A stretch of DNA of 64,000 bases, from NCBI GenBank assembly GCA_963719495.1, contig CAVRCI010000011.1:1-64000 (forward strand). The letters are read 5' to 3'. The notes below the pieces were generated by a model. The model saw only the letters and a program-made list of their open reading frames with translations, was not told the origin of the DNA and made no database searches. A program made the translations under genes and the position numbers. Position 1 is the first letter of the stretch. Every line of letters starts with the position of its first letter. This DNA is from an uncultured Verrucomicrobiae bacterium (GTDB lineage Bacteria; Verrucomicrobiota; Verrucomicrobiia; Chthoniobacterales; JAATET01). Of this stretch, positions 9,817 through 20,314 are shown one piece after another.

Positions 9817-11490
9817 ATGACCATCAACAAGCCCTTCCCTCAGCATCAGCGCCGCGTCGTCCATTCCCTCGATGGGAGTTGGGACTTTTCCTTTCTCGGC
9901 GACGTCGATGGCGATTCCGTCGACCTGGGTTCCGTCGACTTCGCGGATCGAATGCTCGTCCCGGCGGCTTTCGACTCCCTGCCCCGGCTGATGGGACGGC
10001 GTGGCGTCGCCGTTTACCGCCGCTCCATTCCGACCACGCCTGGTCGCCGCCGCCTGCTTCACTTCGAGGCGGTCAGTCTCTGGTGCCGCGTCTTCGTCGA
10101 CGGCGTCGCGCTCACCGATCACGACTGCGGTTACACCGGATTCTGGTGCGACGCGGGTGCCAGCGAGCGGGAATCGACGGAGATCATCGTGGTCGTCGAC
10201 AACCGCTTCGATTGGCAACGGACGCCGCTCCACGAGCAATTCTTCGACTTCTACCAGTGGGGCGGGATCACGCGCTCCGCGTGGCTGCACGAGGTGCCCG
10301 AGACATACGTCCGCTCGGCCCACGTCCGCGTGGACGATTTCGTCGCCGGGATGATCACCGTCACGGTCCGGCTCTCCGCCGCGGCAGCCGAAGTGACGAC
10401 CTCGATCGATGGTGCGGCGTCGGGAGTCCACGCGGTGTCGGGTTCGGAATTCTCAATCGAGCTCAGCGTCCCCGACCCCCGCCCGTGGTCGCCGGACGCG
10501 CCGCACCTTCACACGCTCGCCATCCGCGTTGGCGAAGACGACCTCATCGTCCGCTTCGGCCTGCGCACGATCCGCACGTCGGGCCGGGAAATTCTCCTCA
10601 ACGACCAGCCGATCAAACTCCTCGGCTACAACCGCCACGAATTTCACCCCGACACCGGCTCGTCGGTTTCGCCCGCGCAGCATCTCATCGACCTTCATTT
10701 GCTCGAGGATCTGGGCTGCAATTTCGTTCGCGGCAGTCACTACCCGCAGGACCAGCGGTTTCTCGATCTGTGCGACGAACTCGGAATCCTCGTCTGGGAG
10801 GAGGGGCTCGGCTGGGGTCAGCGCGAGCGCCAACTCACCGACCCGCACTTCCGCCAGTCCCACCTTCGCATGCTCGACGAAATGGTCGACGCCAGCGTCA
10901 ACCACCCGTGCGTGATCATCTGGGGTTTCCTCAACGAAGCCGGCACCAACGAGGAATCCACCCGCCCGATCTTCGAGGAATCCGTCGCGCGGCTCCGCGA
11001 ACGTGACCCCGACCGCCTCGTCGCCTGCGCCAGCATGTTCCCGCTCGACGACCTCTTTTACGACCAGGTCGACATCATCAACCACAACCTCTACCCGGGC
11101 TGGTATGACACCGGCGAGCACCCCGATCCGCTCAGCCTCATCCTCCCGCGCGTCCACGAATGCCTCGCCCACATCGCGCAATTCGACAAACCCTACGTCA
11201 TCAGCGAGACCGGGGCCGAGGCACTGCCGGGTTGGCACGATCCGATGAATGGATTTTTCACCGAGGAATATCAGGCCGAATACCTGCGCGTCTTCTGCGA
11301 GGAAGCCGTGAGCAATCCCGCCATCGCCGGCTTGGCGATCTGGCACTTCTCCGACGCCCGCGTCGACCGCAACGAGCAGCTCATTCGCCGTCCGCGCGGT
11401 TACAACAACAAAGGAACGTTCGACGAATACCGCCGCCCGAAAGCCGCCTGCGCCGTGGTGCGGGAAGTTTTTCGGAGAAGCGTGGGTTAA
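9817..11490 (+). CDS. GH2 beta-glucuronidase-like glycoside hydrolase
   Basis: ATG at 9817. Motifs GYNRHE, RGSHYPQ, WGFLNE (acid/base), ISETGAEA (nucleophile), and NNKG (NxKG uronidase motif). Confidence 0.88.
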   Translation: MTINKPFPQHQRRVVHSLDGSWDFSFLGDVDGDSVDLGSVDFADRMLVPAAFDSLPRLMGRRGVAVYRRSIPTTPGRRRLLHFEAVSLWCRVFVDGVALTDHDCGYTGFWCDAGASERESTEIIVVVDNRFDWQRTPLHEQFFDFYQWGGITRSAWLHEVPETYVRSAHVRVDDFVAGMITVTVRLSAAAAEVTTSIDGAASGVHAVSGSEFSIELSVPDPRPWSPDAPHLHTLAIRVGEDDLIVRFGLRTIRTSGREILLNDQPIKLLGYNRHEFHPDTGSSVSPAQHLIDLHLLEDLGCNFVRGSHYPQDQRFLDLCDELGILVWEEGLGWGQRERQLTDPHFRQSHLRMLDEMVDASVNHPCVIIWGFLNEAGTNEESTRPIFEESVARLRERDPDRLVACASMFPLDDLFYDQVDIINHNLYPGWYDTGEHPDPLSLILPRVHECLAHIAQFDKPYVISETGAEALPGWHDPMNGFFTEEYQAEYLRVFCEEAVSNPAIAGLAIWHFSDARVDRNEQLIRRPRGYNNKGTFDEYRRPKAACAVVREVFRRSVG

Positions 11491-11499
11491 CGTATAACG
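11484..11499. promoter_or_regulatory. Putative LacI-type operator, site 2 (GGGTTAACGTATAACG)
   Basis: Same motif upstream of a PEP-CTERM gene. TACCTT starts 41 bp after the central C. Confidence 0.6.
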
Positions 11500-11607
11500 A
11501 GAACCAATTCGCGGGGGCGGGTGGGCTGGGTTACCTTCCGCTAAGTAAGAAACAGGCAGGACCATCGTCCCAGCCTCCCAACCCCTCGAGATCAACCCCA
11601 CAGCACC

Positions 11608-12291
11608 ATGAAAAACACCCTCACCGTCCTCTCCATTCTCGCCCTGAGCGCGCTCGCGGCCAGTCCCGCCAAAGCCGTCGTATTAGCCAACTACGACTTC
11701 ACGACCAACACTGCGTCTGGAGACAGCGAACCTTTGACCACCGCCTCCACGTTTGACGATTTCGGCTGGACGTCGGAATTCCGCACCGCTGACGGCACTC
11801 AATATCGAGCTGTGCAAGTGAGTCAGACTCCCAGCAGCTTTGACGAAAATGAGTATTTCACCTTCACCCTAACGATTCCCGCGTTGACCACCGTCGACCT
11901 CACGTCGCTGACCTTCGACGGAATCTTCGAAAACGGAGCCGTTGGCCCGGTGAACTATTTCGTCCGTTCCGACGCGGGCGGTGATGCCTTCGCCACCAAT
12001 CTGACCATTGCGGAGGGCAACGAAGTGACAATGAACGACACTCTGACCCCGAAGTCCGTGAGCCTCGCTGCCGCCAGCTTTCAAGGCCTGTCGACTCCGG
12101 TCGAATTCCGAATCTACTTCACCGACGGCTCAAACAACACCAGCACATCCCGCTTCTCCGGCGTCGACAACGTCGTCCTGAACGGCGACATCACCGCCGT
12201 CCCCGAACCCAGCAGCGTCGCGCTCCTGATCGGCGGAGGCTGCCTGCTCGTCCTCCTGCGCCGTCGGCAAACGAATCGCTCAGCGGCCTGA
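11608..12291 (+). CDS. PEP-CTERM sorting-domain surface protein
   Basis: Signal peptide; C-terminal VPEPSS, TM helix and RRRQ basic cluster. Confidence 0.93.
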   Translation: MKNTLTVLSILALSALAASPAKAVVLANYDFTTNTASGDSEPLTTASTFDDFGWTSEFRTADGTQYRAVQVSQTPSSFDENEYFTFTLTIPALTTVDLTSLTFDGIFENGAVGPVNYFVRSDAGGDAFATNLTIAEGNEVTMNDTLTPKSVSLAAASFQGLSTPVEFRIYFTDGSNNTSTSRFSGVDNVVLNGDITAVPEPSSVALLIGGGCLLVLLRRRQTNRSAA

Positions 12292-12333
12292 CATCACTTC
12301 ACCAGCAACGGATCGAAGAGAATCGATCACGCG

Positions 12334-12361
12334 AAAGCTTCGCCCTCGGGCGAAGCTTTTT
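12334..12361 (+). terminator. Intrinsic terminator
   Basis: Hairpin AAAGCTTCGCCC-TC-GGGCGAAGCTTT ending in a T run, after the PEP-CTERM gene. Confidence 0.75.
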
Positions 12362-12427
12362 GCTTTCGGCCCACGCGAGGGCGGCGCTCCCTCTCAACCT
12401 CGAGAATTCACCTGACATCGCCCGGAT

Positions 12428-12443
12428 CGGTTAACGTAAAACG
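12428..12443. promoter_or_regulatory. Putative LacI-type operator, site 3 (CGGTTAACGTAAAACG)
   Basis: Same motif upstream of the Verru_Chthon cassette. Confidence 0.65.
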
Positions 12444-12496
12444 TGAGCCCATTTGCAATGGTGCCGGAACCCGCTGAATTTGGCAAAATCCCCCCG

Positions 12497-13162
12497 ATGA
12501 AGCGTTTCTCCTCCTGCCTCCGCCCGCGCTCGGCCTCTCCGGCGTTCAGCCTCATCGAACTCCTCGTCGTGATGGCGGTGGTCGCGCTCCTGTTGGGAAT
12601 CGCGGGAATGGCGTTCAACAATTTCGGAAGATCAACTTCGCTCGCGGCGGCGGGAAACCGGGTCGCGGCCATTCTCGAACAGGCGCGGCAACACGCCCTC
12701 TCGCAGGGCGCGATGACGGTGGTGGCGATGTCGACGGATGCCACCAGCTCCAATCGAAACCAGGCCTTTGTCGTTCTGGCTGCCCGCCCGCGAAGCGACG
12801 GGGCGGCTCTGACCGCCGCCGATTGGAAGCAGGTTTCCAAATGGGAGATCCTTCCCGAGGGAATCACCGTCGATTCGGGTTCCAGCTTCACGGACTCCGG
12901 AACGAAGCTCGCTCCTTCGCTGCCCTCGCAATTGCCGGTGCGCGCCGGTGAACGGTCGAACTCCTTCCGCTACGTGATTTTCCAACCCAGCGGCGCCATC
13001 CTCGGCGGAGGGGCGGCGGCCCTTCGACTGGTGGAAGGGAGCTGGTCGAGCGGGGCCGCATCGCCCACCTACACGCGTCGAGGCTCCGACGGGACTCCCG
13101 GGAACTACTACAAACTCACCCTCATCGCCGCCACGGGGAGGTTGAAAGTTGATCGCCCGTGA
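12497..13162 (+). CDS. Prepilin-like protein, Verru_Chthon cassette protein D-like
   Basis: Prepilin motif AFSLIELLVVMAVVALL, FimT/GspH-like EQARQHALSQG, C-terminal TGR. ATG at 12497. Confidence 0.78.
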   Translation: MKRFSSCLRPRSASPAFSLIELLVVMAVVALLLGIAGMAFNNFGRSTSLAAAGNRVAAILEQARQHALSQGAMTVVAMSTDATSSNRNQAFVVLAARPRSDGAALTAADWKQVSKWEILPEGITVDSGSSFTDSGTKLAPSLPSQLPVRAGERSNSFRYVIFQPSGAILGGGAAALRLVEGSWSSGAASPTYTRRGSDGTPGNYYKLTLIAATGRLKVDRP

Positions 13163-13574
13163 TTCGATTCGACTCGCGAGCCGACGAGCCTTCAGCCTGA
13201 TCGAGGTCGTGCTCGCGCTCGGGATCACCACCGTGGCCATCATCGCGATCATCGGCCTGTTGTCGGTCTCGCTCCAGGGCAGCCGGGAGGCCTCCGAGGA
13301 CACGTCCTCCTCGGCGATCCTGAGCCAGGTCGTCGATGGATTGAGGGCGGAACCCTTCGACGACATGCGGACCTCGCTGGCGGGCGGCGGTCGCACTTTT
13401 ACCTTCAATCAAGAGGCCGCACCGGTCGCGCCGGGAGACTCGCCCGCCTACGTGTGTCTGGTCGAAGAGACTTCCACCAGCGGCACGCCGGTCAGCCTGC
13501 TGGCCATCAAGATCACGATCTCGACCGCTGCGGGCGAGAAGCGAACGAACCATGCAACGATCGCAAAATACTAA
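13149..13574 (+). CDS. Prepilin-like protein, Verru_Chthon cassette protein B-like
   Basis: Prepilin motif AFSLIEVVLALGI; short PilV-like protein overlapping both neighbours. Confidence 0.8.
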   Translation: MIARDSIRLASRRAFSLIEVVLALGITTVAIIAIIGLLSVSLQGSREASEDTSSSAILSQVVDGLRAEPFDDMRTSLAGGGRTFTFNQEAAPVAPGDSPAYVCLVEETSTSGTPVSLLAIKITISTAAGEKRTNHATIAKY

Positions 13575-14529
13575 CCGTCCCTGGCTTCGGCGCGGGTTCA
13601 CGGTGCTCGAGATCCTGGTTTCGATGGTGATTCTGTCGCTCCTCGTCGTGCTCCTGGCCTCGATGATGGGTCGGATCTCCGAGGCGTGGATGACCGGAGA
13701 AGGCCGCTCCCGAGCCAATCAAAGTGGGCGGGCTATCGCGGACGTGATGCGGACGGAACTCCAGGGGGCGCTGCTGCCCATCGAGGTGCCCATCGACGAC
13801 GACGACGATGACGATGCCGAAGAGATTGAAGAGATCGACAATCTCCAGTTCGTGGTGAACCCCTCGCTCCCAGCCGAGTATCAAAATCGTGATTCGATCT
13901 TTTGGCAGGCACCGGTCGCCACGGATAAAACCTTTGGTGACGTCGCCGAGCTCGGCTACTTCGTCGCGTGGGACGGTCTGCAACCTCAACTGCGAAGACT
14001 CTACGCCAGCCTCACGCAGACCTCGCCGTCGGGCGAAGTCACCGCGGACCCGAATTTCCGAATCTACAAAAATCCGACGGACTGGATCACCCGGGACATT
14101 CTCGAGGCGTCCAGTCCCGCGGATGAGCCGAACGATTACCGCGGACTCTTCGCGGAGAACGTCCTGGGGTTTTGGATTCGCTGCCTGGATCCGGAGGGGA
14201 ATCCGATCACGCAGGACGCGGACGGCACGGCCTTCGCGAATGGGTTCGATTCGCGACGGGGCTACCGCTACCGGGACGGGTCCGGCCAAATGATCACCAA
14301 AGTCGGATCCGCTCTTCCGGCCGTGATCGAAATCAGCCTCGCGCTGATCGATCCGCGATCCGCGCAACGCATCGATCCGGCGCTCAAAGCAAAAATCATT
14401 TCGGTCACCGCTCAGGCGGAGACGGCTTCGGAGTTCGTCGAAGACGCAATCGCCGACGCCGGTTTGGAAGCCATCCGCCCGGGCCTCCGGGCCTACACCA
14501 CCACAGTTTTCCTGAGGAATTCGCGATGA
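13552..14529 (+). CDS. Prepilin-like protein, Verru_Chthon cassette protein C-like
   Basis: Motifs GFTVLEILVSMVIL, IFWQAP, ELGYFV, LPAVIEISL; PilW/GspJ-like size. Confidence 0.8.
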   Translation: MQRSQNTNRPWLRRGFTVLEILVSMVILSLLVVLLASMMGRISEAWMTGEGRSRANQSGRAIADVMRTELQGALLPIEVPIDDDDDDDAEEIEEIDNLQFVVNPSLPAEYQNRDSIFWQAPVATDKTFGDVAELGYFVAWDGLQPQLRRLYASLTQTSPSGEVTADPNFRIYKNPTDWITRDILEASSPADEPNDYRGLFAENVLGFWIRCLDPEGNPITQDADGTAFANGFDSRRGYRYRDGSGQMITKVGSALPAVIEISLALIDPRSAQRIDPALKAKIISVTAQAETASEFVEDAIADAGLEAIRPGLRAYTTTVFLRNSR

Positions 14530-17369
14530 AAATCAAGAGCCACCCACTTCGCCGGACCCACGACGGATCGGCGCTGCTCATCACGCTGGCGGCGCTGGTG
14601 ATCCTGACCATCATCCTGGTCGGATTCTCCGAGAGCGTCCGTGTCGAGCGCGTTTCGGCCCGGAGTCATTTGGATGGCACGCAGGCCACGCTTCTGGCCC
14701 AGGCGGGGATCGACCAGGCCGTCTCGGCCATCCGCGAAACCACGGCGGATCCCGAGCGCAACTGGATCAGCCAGCCCGGTCGGCTGATCGCGGGCGCGGC
14801 GACCGGAGGCGGATCACCGGATGCGCGGAAGATTCTTCAGCAGGAGGTGCCGCTGTCCTCCGGGCTGGCGACGGCGACAACGGATCCAAATTTTCGACCG
14901 CCCGATCTCAACGCACTCACTTTCGAGACTCCCGCCTCCCACCTCATCACCGAGAGTCCGGATGCTACGGGCAACGTCGCGGCGCTCAGGGCCCAGTGGG
15001 TCTACGTTCGAAAAGACGGCACCCTCGACGACTCGGCGGCACCCAGCACGTCCAACACCGTCAACCCACTCGTCGGGCGCTACGCCTACTGGACCGATGA
15101 CGAGAGCGGCAAAGTCAACTACAACATCGCGTGGACGCGCGATGACGCCAACCCGAATTCCATCAGCCACCCGACCAAGGTCGGCCTGGCGGCGCTGCTC
15201 GCGCCGGACAACCTCGCGGTCGGCGAAGACATGGCGCGGGCCATTCACTTCTACGACGTGCCGGGGGCGCCGACGGCACCGAGCCTCGACCAGTATGGCC
15301 TCCTGAACCGAGTCGCCTTCGACACCCCGCTGAACGTCCGTCGCGTGGCGTTCGACAACGCCGTGCCGACCGGTTTTTTGGAGGCGCTGACCGCCCAGAA
15401 ATTCAATCTCACCCACTACGCCAACGATCCCGGGACGACCTTCTTCAACGACGACCGCTTCGTTCTGACGACCCGGGAAGACCTCGCTGGCAAGCGCGCC
15501 TTTCTGGACATTTTGAATGACTCCGAAGCGGACCCTGGGTTCCTGGACTCGCTCGATTTTGACAAATACAACGCGACGATCGAGACGCTGATCGAGTATC
15601 TCAAAGAAACGAACTGGCCGGTCGCCCCCGGAAAAAGCCTCAAAGAGAAATATTTCCCCGGAGACACCCAGGGCGACCTTCGCCTGGCCCAATTCGCGAT
15701 CAACATTATCGACTACGTCCGAAGTGCGGAATCGGAAAAGCCCTTCGTCGAACCCACTCGAGCCATCATCGAGAACGACACCGTCCAGATCAAGAAATCC
15801 AGTGGAACTGCGGAGACGTTCATCGGCCAGACCCGCAGATTGTTGATCACGGAGCAGGCGATGTGGCTTTCCGAGACGCCGGAAGCCTCCGGACCGAACA
15901 AGGACAGATACAAAGCCCGCTTCTACGTCGAAGTCTACCTCCCGGAAAACTACGGATTCGAGTCGATCAATCTTCTGGAGCCGGAGCCCGATAAACTTCT
16001 CTTCTGCTATTACGACGAAACGGCCCGGTCGGTCGACGCCAACGTGAAATACGCCGATTTCAAGGGCGAACGAACTTCCTCGAGAGAAAAGAGGTTCTTT
16101 CGGGTGCGCACCAGCAATATCGTCACGGGAGATCCCATTCTGCTCGCCGGCAACTACGCCGTGCTCAGTCACGTCTTTTACCGCGACACGCCCAGATCGG
16201 TAACGCCAAACGTCGGTTTGAAGACCATCCTCTTCATCGGGACCGATGGCGACAACGACGATCTGATCGACGGAAATTCCCCGCCCCGGATCGCGTTTGC
16301 ACCGAACATGGGGTCCACCAGAGGAGACCCCACGACCTATCTCGACTACCCCATCACCGCCAACATCCCGGACCCCGGAGACACCGGCATTCCCGCCATC
16401 CGTTCGTTTGAAACGAATGATCCCCGGCTCGAATACCTCATCGCGGACTGGGGAACGATCCGATCGACGAACACGCTCGGCAGCGTCAATGCTCGCTTCG
16501 CGGAAACGGTCGGCCAACTCTCCAGCACCACCTCTCCCCAGCAGGACACCGACGCCAATGGCAAAATCTCCGCGGCCAGTCTCCAGATGCCGGCTCCGAA
16601 GGGCAGCGCTGCGAACCCTACCGGTCAGGTCCAATCGCCCGGTGAACTCGGCTTGATCCACACCGGCGCCGACTACCGAACGAACGTCGCAAGCGTCCCG
16701 TGGCGAACGATTCGCCTACAGCCAAGCACGGCACCCGCCGGCTCCGAGGTCCCGGATTGGGCGTTCATGGATCTGTTCGCCGCGCCCGTGAAGACCCCGA
16801 CCGACGCGGAGGAACTTTACTCCCCCCACGGAAACTCGAGTGCTGGACGGATGAACGTCAACGCTCAGATCACGCCCTTTCCGATCACCCGGTCAGCTCC
16901 CCTGGCAGCCGTCTTCCGCGACGCGCGCACCGATTCCACCGACTCCACCAAAGTCGTGGACGCAGCCAAGGCCGAGCAACTCGCTCTGAACGTCGTGGAG
17001 CACCGACTATCGACCGGCGGAAGCGGGATTCCGGCGGGCAAGGAATACGGTTACGCCGGGGTCTTCGACTCGCCCGGCGAGATCGTGGAAATCGCCGGGA
17101 TCGCGGATGGCGGCGAGAAGAGCGAGCAACTCATCCGCGACGTCGCCAGCCTGCTCACGACGCGGGGCAACGTTTTTGGTGTCTATTCGATCGGCGAGAC
17201 CCTCAAGCAAACACCAGCCGGCGACCTGACCGTGACGGCCACCAAGCGGCTGCACGCCATCGTCGAGCGCTACGTCGACCCGAGCATCCCCGTGCCTGAC
17301 GACCCGAGCGTCACCGCTCCAGACAACGTCAGATTCCGCGACATCTATTACCAGGATCTCACGCCGTAG
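14526..17369 (+). CDS. Verru_Chthon cassette protein A-like large PilX-type protein
   Basis: ATG at 14526. Motifs GSALLITLAALVIL (PilX-type, no E5), GRYAYWTDDESGKVN, GRMNVN, LTTRGNVFGVY. Confidence 0.82.
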   Translation: MKIKSHPLRRTHDGSALLITLAALVILTIILVGFSESVRVERVSARSHLDGTQATLLAQAGIDQAVSAIRETTADPERNWISQPGRLIAGAATGGGSPDARKILQQEVPLSSGLATATTDPNFRPPDLNALTFETPASHLITESPDATGNVAALRAQWVYVRKDGTLDDSAAPSTSNTVNPLVGRYAYWTDDESGKVNYNIAWTRDDANPNSISHPTKVGLAALLAPDNLAVGEDMARAIHFYDVPGAPTAPSLDQYGLLNRVAFDTPLNVRRVAFDNAVPTGFLEALTAQKFNLTHYANDPGTTFFNDDRFVLTTREDLAGKRAFLDILNDSEADPGFLDSLDFDKYNATIETLIEYLKETNWPVAPGKSLKEKYFPGDTQGDLRLAQFAINIIDYVRSAESEKPFVEPTRAIIENDTVQIKKSSGTAETFIGQTRRLLITEQAMWLSETPEASGPNKDRYKARFYVEVYLPENYGFESINLLEPEPDKLLFCYYDETARSVDANVKYADFKGERTSSREKRFFRVRTSNIVTGDPILLAGNYAVLSHVFYRDTPRSVTPNVGLKTILFIGTDGDNDDLIDGNSPPRIAFAPNMGSTRGDPTTYLDYPITANIPDPGDTGIPAIRSFETNDPRLEYLIADWGTIRSTNTLGSVNARFAETVGQLSSTTSPQQDTDANGKISAASLQMPAPKGSAANPTGQVQSPGELGLIHTGADYRTNVASVPWRTIRLQPSTAPAGSEVPDWAFMDLFAAPVKTPTDAEELYSPHGNSSAGRMNVNAQITPFPITRSAPLAAVFRDARTDSTDSTKVVDAAKAEQLALNVVEHRLSTGGSGIPAGKEYGYAGVFDSPGEIVEIAGIADGGEKSEQLIRDVASLLTTRGNVFGVYSIGETLKQTPAGDLTVTATKRLHAIVERYVDPSIPVPDDPSVTAPDNVRFRDIYYQDLTP

Positions 17370-17394
17370 TTTCGACAGCTCGCCCTCCACAATC

Positions 17395-17410
17395 GGTTTA
17401 ACGTCAAACC
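17395..17410. promoter_or_regulatory. Putative LacI-type operator, site 4 (GGTTTAACGTCAAACC)
   Basis: Seven of eight positions pair; lies upstream of the GPH symporter and uxaE. Confidence 0.7.
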
Positions 17411-17469
17411 AGCCGGGGGTTCGGTCCGCCGAAAAGCTCCGTCATAGGTAATCTCAAACCCTTCGCTTC

Positions 17470-18900
17470 ATGAGTTCCTCCCCCCCCCGCATCCGCGCGG
17501 AAGACAAAGCCCCGCTCGGGCACAAGATCGCCTACGGCCTCGGTGGTATGACCGAGCAGTTGTCGAACGCCGTCACGAAAAACATGTTCGTGCCGGTCTA
17601 CAACATCGGCCTCGGCATCAGCCCCGCGCTCATCGGCACGGTGCTCATGGTTTACCAACTCTGGGACGCGCTCGCCGATCCCATCATGGGCAATCTCTCC
17701 GACAACACGCGCACGCGCTGGGGCCGTCGCCGCCCCTACATCGTCGTCGGCGGCATCCTCACCGGCCTCGTCATGCCACTGCTTTGGCAACCCTCACCCG
17801 AGTGGAGTCAAGCGGTGACCATCGCCTACATGGTCGGCGTCGGTCTACTCTTCTACACCTGCTTTACGGTCTGGGCGATGCCCTACTACAGCCTCGGCAT
17901 GGAAATGACGCCGAGCTACCACGAGCGCACGCGCATCGTGGCGTGGCGGACGGCCTTTTCCAAACTCGTCGGCCTGCTTGGCGGCTGGATGCTTGCGCTC
18001 GCCGCCCTCCCCGCCTTCGCCGATCCCGTCACCGGAGAACCCAACATCGCCAAAGGAATGAGCGTCATGGGCTGGGTCATGGGATTGATCATTCTCGCCG
18101 TCGCCGTCCTGCCCGGCGTCTTCGTGAAGGAGCGCTACTACGCGAAGGAAGCCAAGGATCAGCCGAAAATCCCACTCCTCAAAAGCATGCGCGAGACGCT
18201 CGCCTGCCGACCCTTCCAGCTTGTCCTCGGCATCGTCCTCTTCAACACCGTCGGCTCCACCCTGGTCGGTAGCCTCGGTCTTTACCTCAACATCTACTAC
18301 ATCAACCAAGGCGACATCGGCAGCGCCTCGATGATCCAAGGTTGGAAGTCCACCGCGACCTTCATCCCCGGTCTCCTCAGCGTTCCCTTCTGGGCGTGGG
18401 TCAGCGAAAAAATCGGTAAGACAAAAGCCCTCGCCCTCACGCTTTCGATGGGCTTCGTCGCGAATATCCTCATCTACTTCTGCTACACGCCCGAGCAGCC
18501 CTATCTCCAGATCCTTCCCCACGTCTTCCTCTCGGCCTTCGGCGTCGCCATGTGGATGCTCATCCCCTCCATGCAGGCCGACATCGTCGACTACGACGAA
18601 CTCCGCACCCACGAGCGCCGCGAGGGCAGCTTCTCCGCGATCTTCTCGTGGATCTTCAAATTGTCGGCCACGCTCACGACTGGCCTGGCCGGTTTCATCC
18701 TCGTCTGGACCGGATTCGACGTCGTGAAATACGGCAAGACCCAGCCGCCGGAGACGCTCGAGCGCATGCTCGAATGGTATGTCTTCCTGCCGATGGGTTT
18801 TTGGATTTGCGCACTGCTGCTCCTGCGCTTGTATCCTTTGAGTCCGGCTCGGATGGCGGAGATCCGCATTCAACTCGAGGCGCAACGGGGTAAGGTCTAG
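17470..18900 (+). CDS. MFS glycoside-pentoside-hexuronide (GPH):cation symporter
   Basis: Motifs WDALADPIMGNLSDNTRTRWGRRRPY, ADIVDYDE, RREG; about 12 TM segments. Confidence 0.92.
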   Translation: MSSSPPRIRAEDKAPLGHKIAYGLGGMTEQLSNAVTKNMFVPVYNIGLGISPALIGTVLMVYQLWDALADPIMGNLSDNTRTRWGRRRPYIVVGGILTGLVMPLLWQPSPEWSQAVTIAYMVGVGLLFYTCFTVWAMPYYSLGMEMTPSYHERTRIVAWRTAFSKLVGLLGGWMLALAALPAFADPVTGEPNIAKGMSVMGWVMGLIILAVAVLPGVFVKERYYAKEAKDQPKIPLLKSMRETLACRPFQLVLGIVLFNTVGSTLVGSLGLYLNIYYINQGDIGSASMIQGWKSTATFIPGLLSVPFWAWVSEKIGKTKALALTLSMGFVANILIYFCYTPEQPYLQILPHVFLSAFGVAMWMLIPSMQADIVDYDELRTHERREGSFSAIFSWIFKLSATLTTGLAGFILVWTGFDVVKYGKTQPPETLERMLEWYVFLPMGFWICALLLLRLYPLSPARMAEIRIQLEAQRGKV

Positions 18901-18933
18901 ATCCACGGCCGATCCACGGCCCATTCTTCCATC

Positions 18934-20178
18934 ATGAAAATCATTCAGAAATTTACGTTCGGCAGCGGCGATCGCTTCGGACACCAGGGCGAAGCGCAAC
19001 TCGCCGCCGTCCTCGAAGCCCGCGCCCGGGGCATCAACGTCTGCCCGACTTGGAATAAATCCAATCGCGAGCACACGATCATCGGCTCGAAGCCCAACGA
19101 CCTCCGGGCCGAAGCCGACGCCGCGGTCGCGGCGCTGGGTTACGACGGCGACTACTACGTCGACGCCGACCACATCGGCTTGGCAACCGTGGGGGGATTC
19201 TTGGCGGGAAGCGATTTTTTCACACTGGACGTCGCCGACTTCATCGGGAAACCAGCCGACGGAGCGGACATCGACGCATTTGTCGCCGCGCATCAGCACT
19301 TGATCGGCGACCTCGCGGTTCCGGGCATCGACGAGCCTTTGGCCATCAGCGACACCTCGATTCGCCAGGCCGCGGCGAAATTTTTGCTCGCTGCCCAGCA
19401 GGCTGGAGCGATTCACCGTCACATCGCCGAGACGAAGGCCGGGGATTTCGTCACGGAAGTCTCGGTCGACGAGACCGACACGCCGCAGAGCCCCGTCGAG
19501 TTGCTCCTCATCCTCGCGATGCTCGCCGAGCAGCGGGTGCCCGTGCAGACGATCGCGCCGAAGTTCACCGGCCGCTTCAACAAGGGCGTCGACTACGTCG
19601 GCGACCTCGCGCAGTTCGAGAAGGAATTCGATCAGGACCTCAGCGTGCTCGCCTACGCGGTCGCGGAGTTCGGCCTGCCGCCGACGCTTAAATTGAGCGT
19701 CCATTCCGGCAGCGATAAATTCTCGCTCTACCCGATCATCAACCGGCTCGTCCGCCAGCACGACGCCGGCCTCCACGTGAAAACGGCCGGCACGACGTGG
19801 CTCGAGGAAGTGATCGGCCTCGCCGAATCGGGCGGAGACGGCCTCGAGGTCGCGAAAAAAATCTACGCCGGCGCCCACGCGAAGTTCGACGAACTCACCG
19901 CGCCCTACGCGACGGTCATCGACATCGACCGGGCCCGGCTGCCCGCTCCGGAAGAGGTCGCGGCCTGGACCAGCGAGCAATTCGTGTCGGCCCTCCGCCA
20001 CGATCCGACCTGCGCCGCCTACAATCCCCACCTCCGCCAGCTCATCCACGTCGGATTCAAAGTCGCCGCCCAGCTCGGCACCGAGTTCACGGACGCCCTC
20101 GACGCGAACGCCGAAATCGTCCATCGCAACGTGAAGCAGAATTTCCTCGAGCGCCACATCGTGCCGATCTTCGGCTGA
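18934..20178 (+). CDS. uxaE: Tagaturonate/fructuronate epimerase family protein
   Basis: Motifs GDRF, DADHIG, EVSVDETD, KLSVHSGSDKFS, HVKTAGTTWLEE. Confidence 0.88.
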   Translation: MKIIQKFTFGSGDRFGHQGEAQLAAVLEARARGINVCPTWNKSNREHTIIGSKPNDLRAEADAAVAALGYDGDYYVDADHIGLATVGGFLAGSDFFTLDVADFIGKPADGADIDAFVAAHQHLIGDLAVPGIDEPLAISDTSIRQAAAKFLLAAQQAGAIHRHIAETKAGDFVTEVSVDETDTPQSPVELLLILAMLAEQRVPVQTIAPKFTGRFNKGVDYVGDLAQFEKEFDQDLSVLAYAVAEFGLPPTLKLSVHSGSDKFSLYPIINRLVRQHDAGLHVKTAGTTWLEEVIGLAESGGDGLEVAKKIYAGAHAKFDELTAPYATVIDIDRARLPAPEEVAAWTSEQFVSALRHDPTCAAYNPHLRQLIHVGFKVAAQLGTEFTDALDANAEIVHRNVKQNFLERHIVPIFG

Positions 20179-20246
20179 ACGGCGGGCCGCGCCCTCGAGC
20201 GAATCAGACGGTGAGTGCGCCGGCGGATTCCGGGACCTGAGCGTCC

Positions 20247-20262
20247 GACTCAACGTCAAGTC
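20247..20262. promoter_or_regulatory. Putative LacI-type operator, site 5 (GACTCAACGTCAAGTC)
   Basis: Variant motif upstream of the H-X9-DG prepilin gene. CAGGTT starts 41 bp after the central C. Confidence 0.6.
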
Positions 20263-20314
20263 AGCGAGCTTTTGAGAGGGCGCAAGTTTGGCGGCAGGTT
20301 GGGGGCACTTCCCC

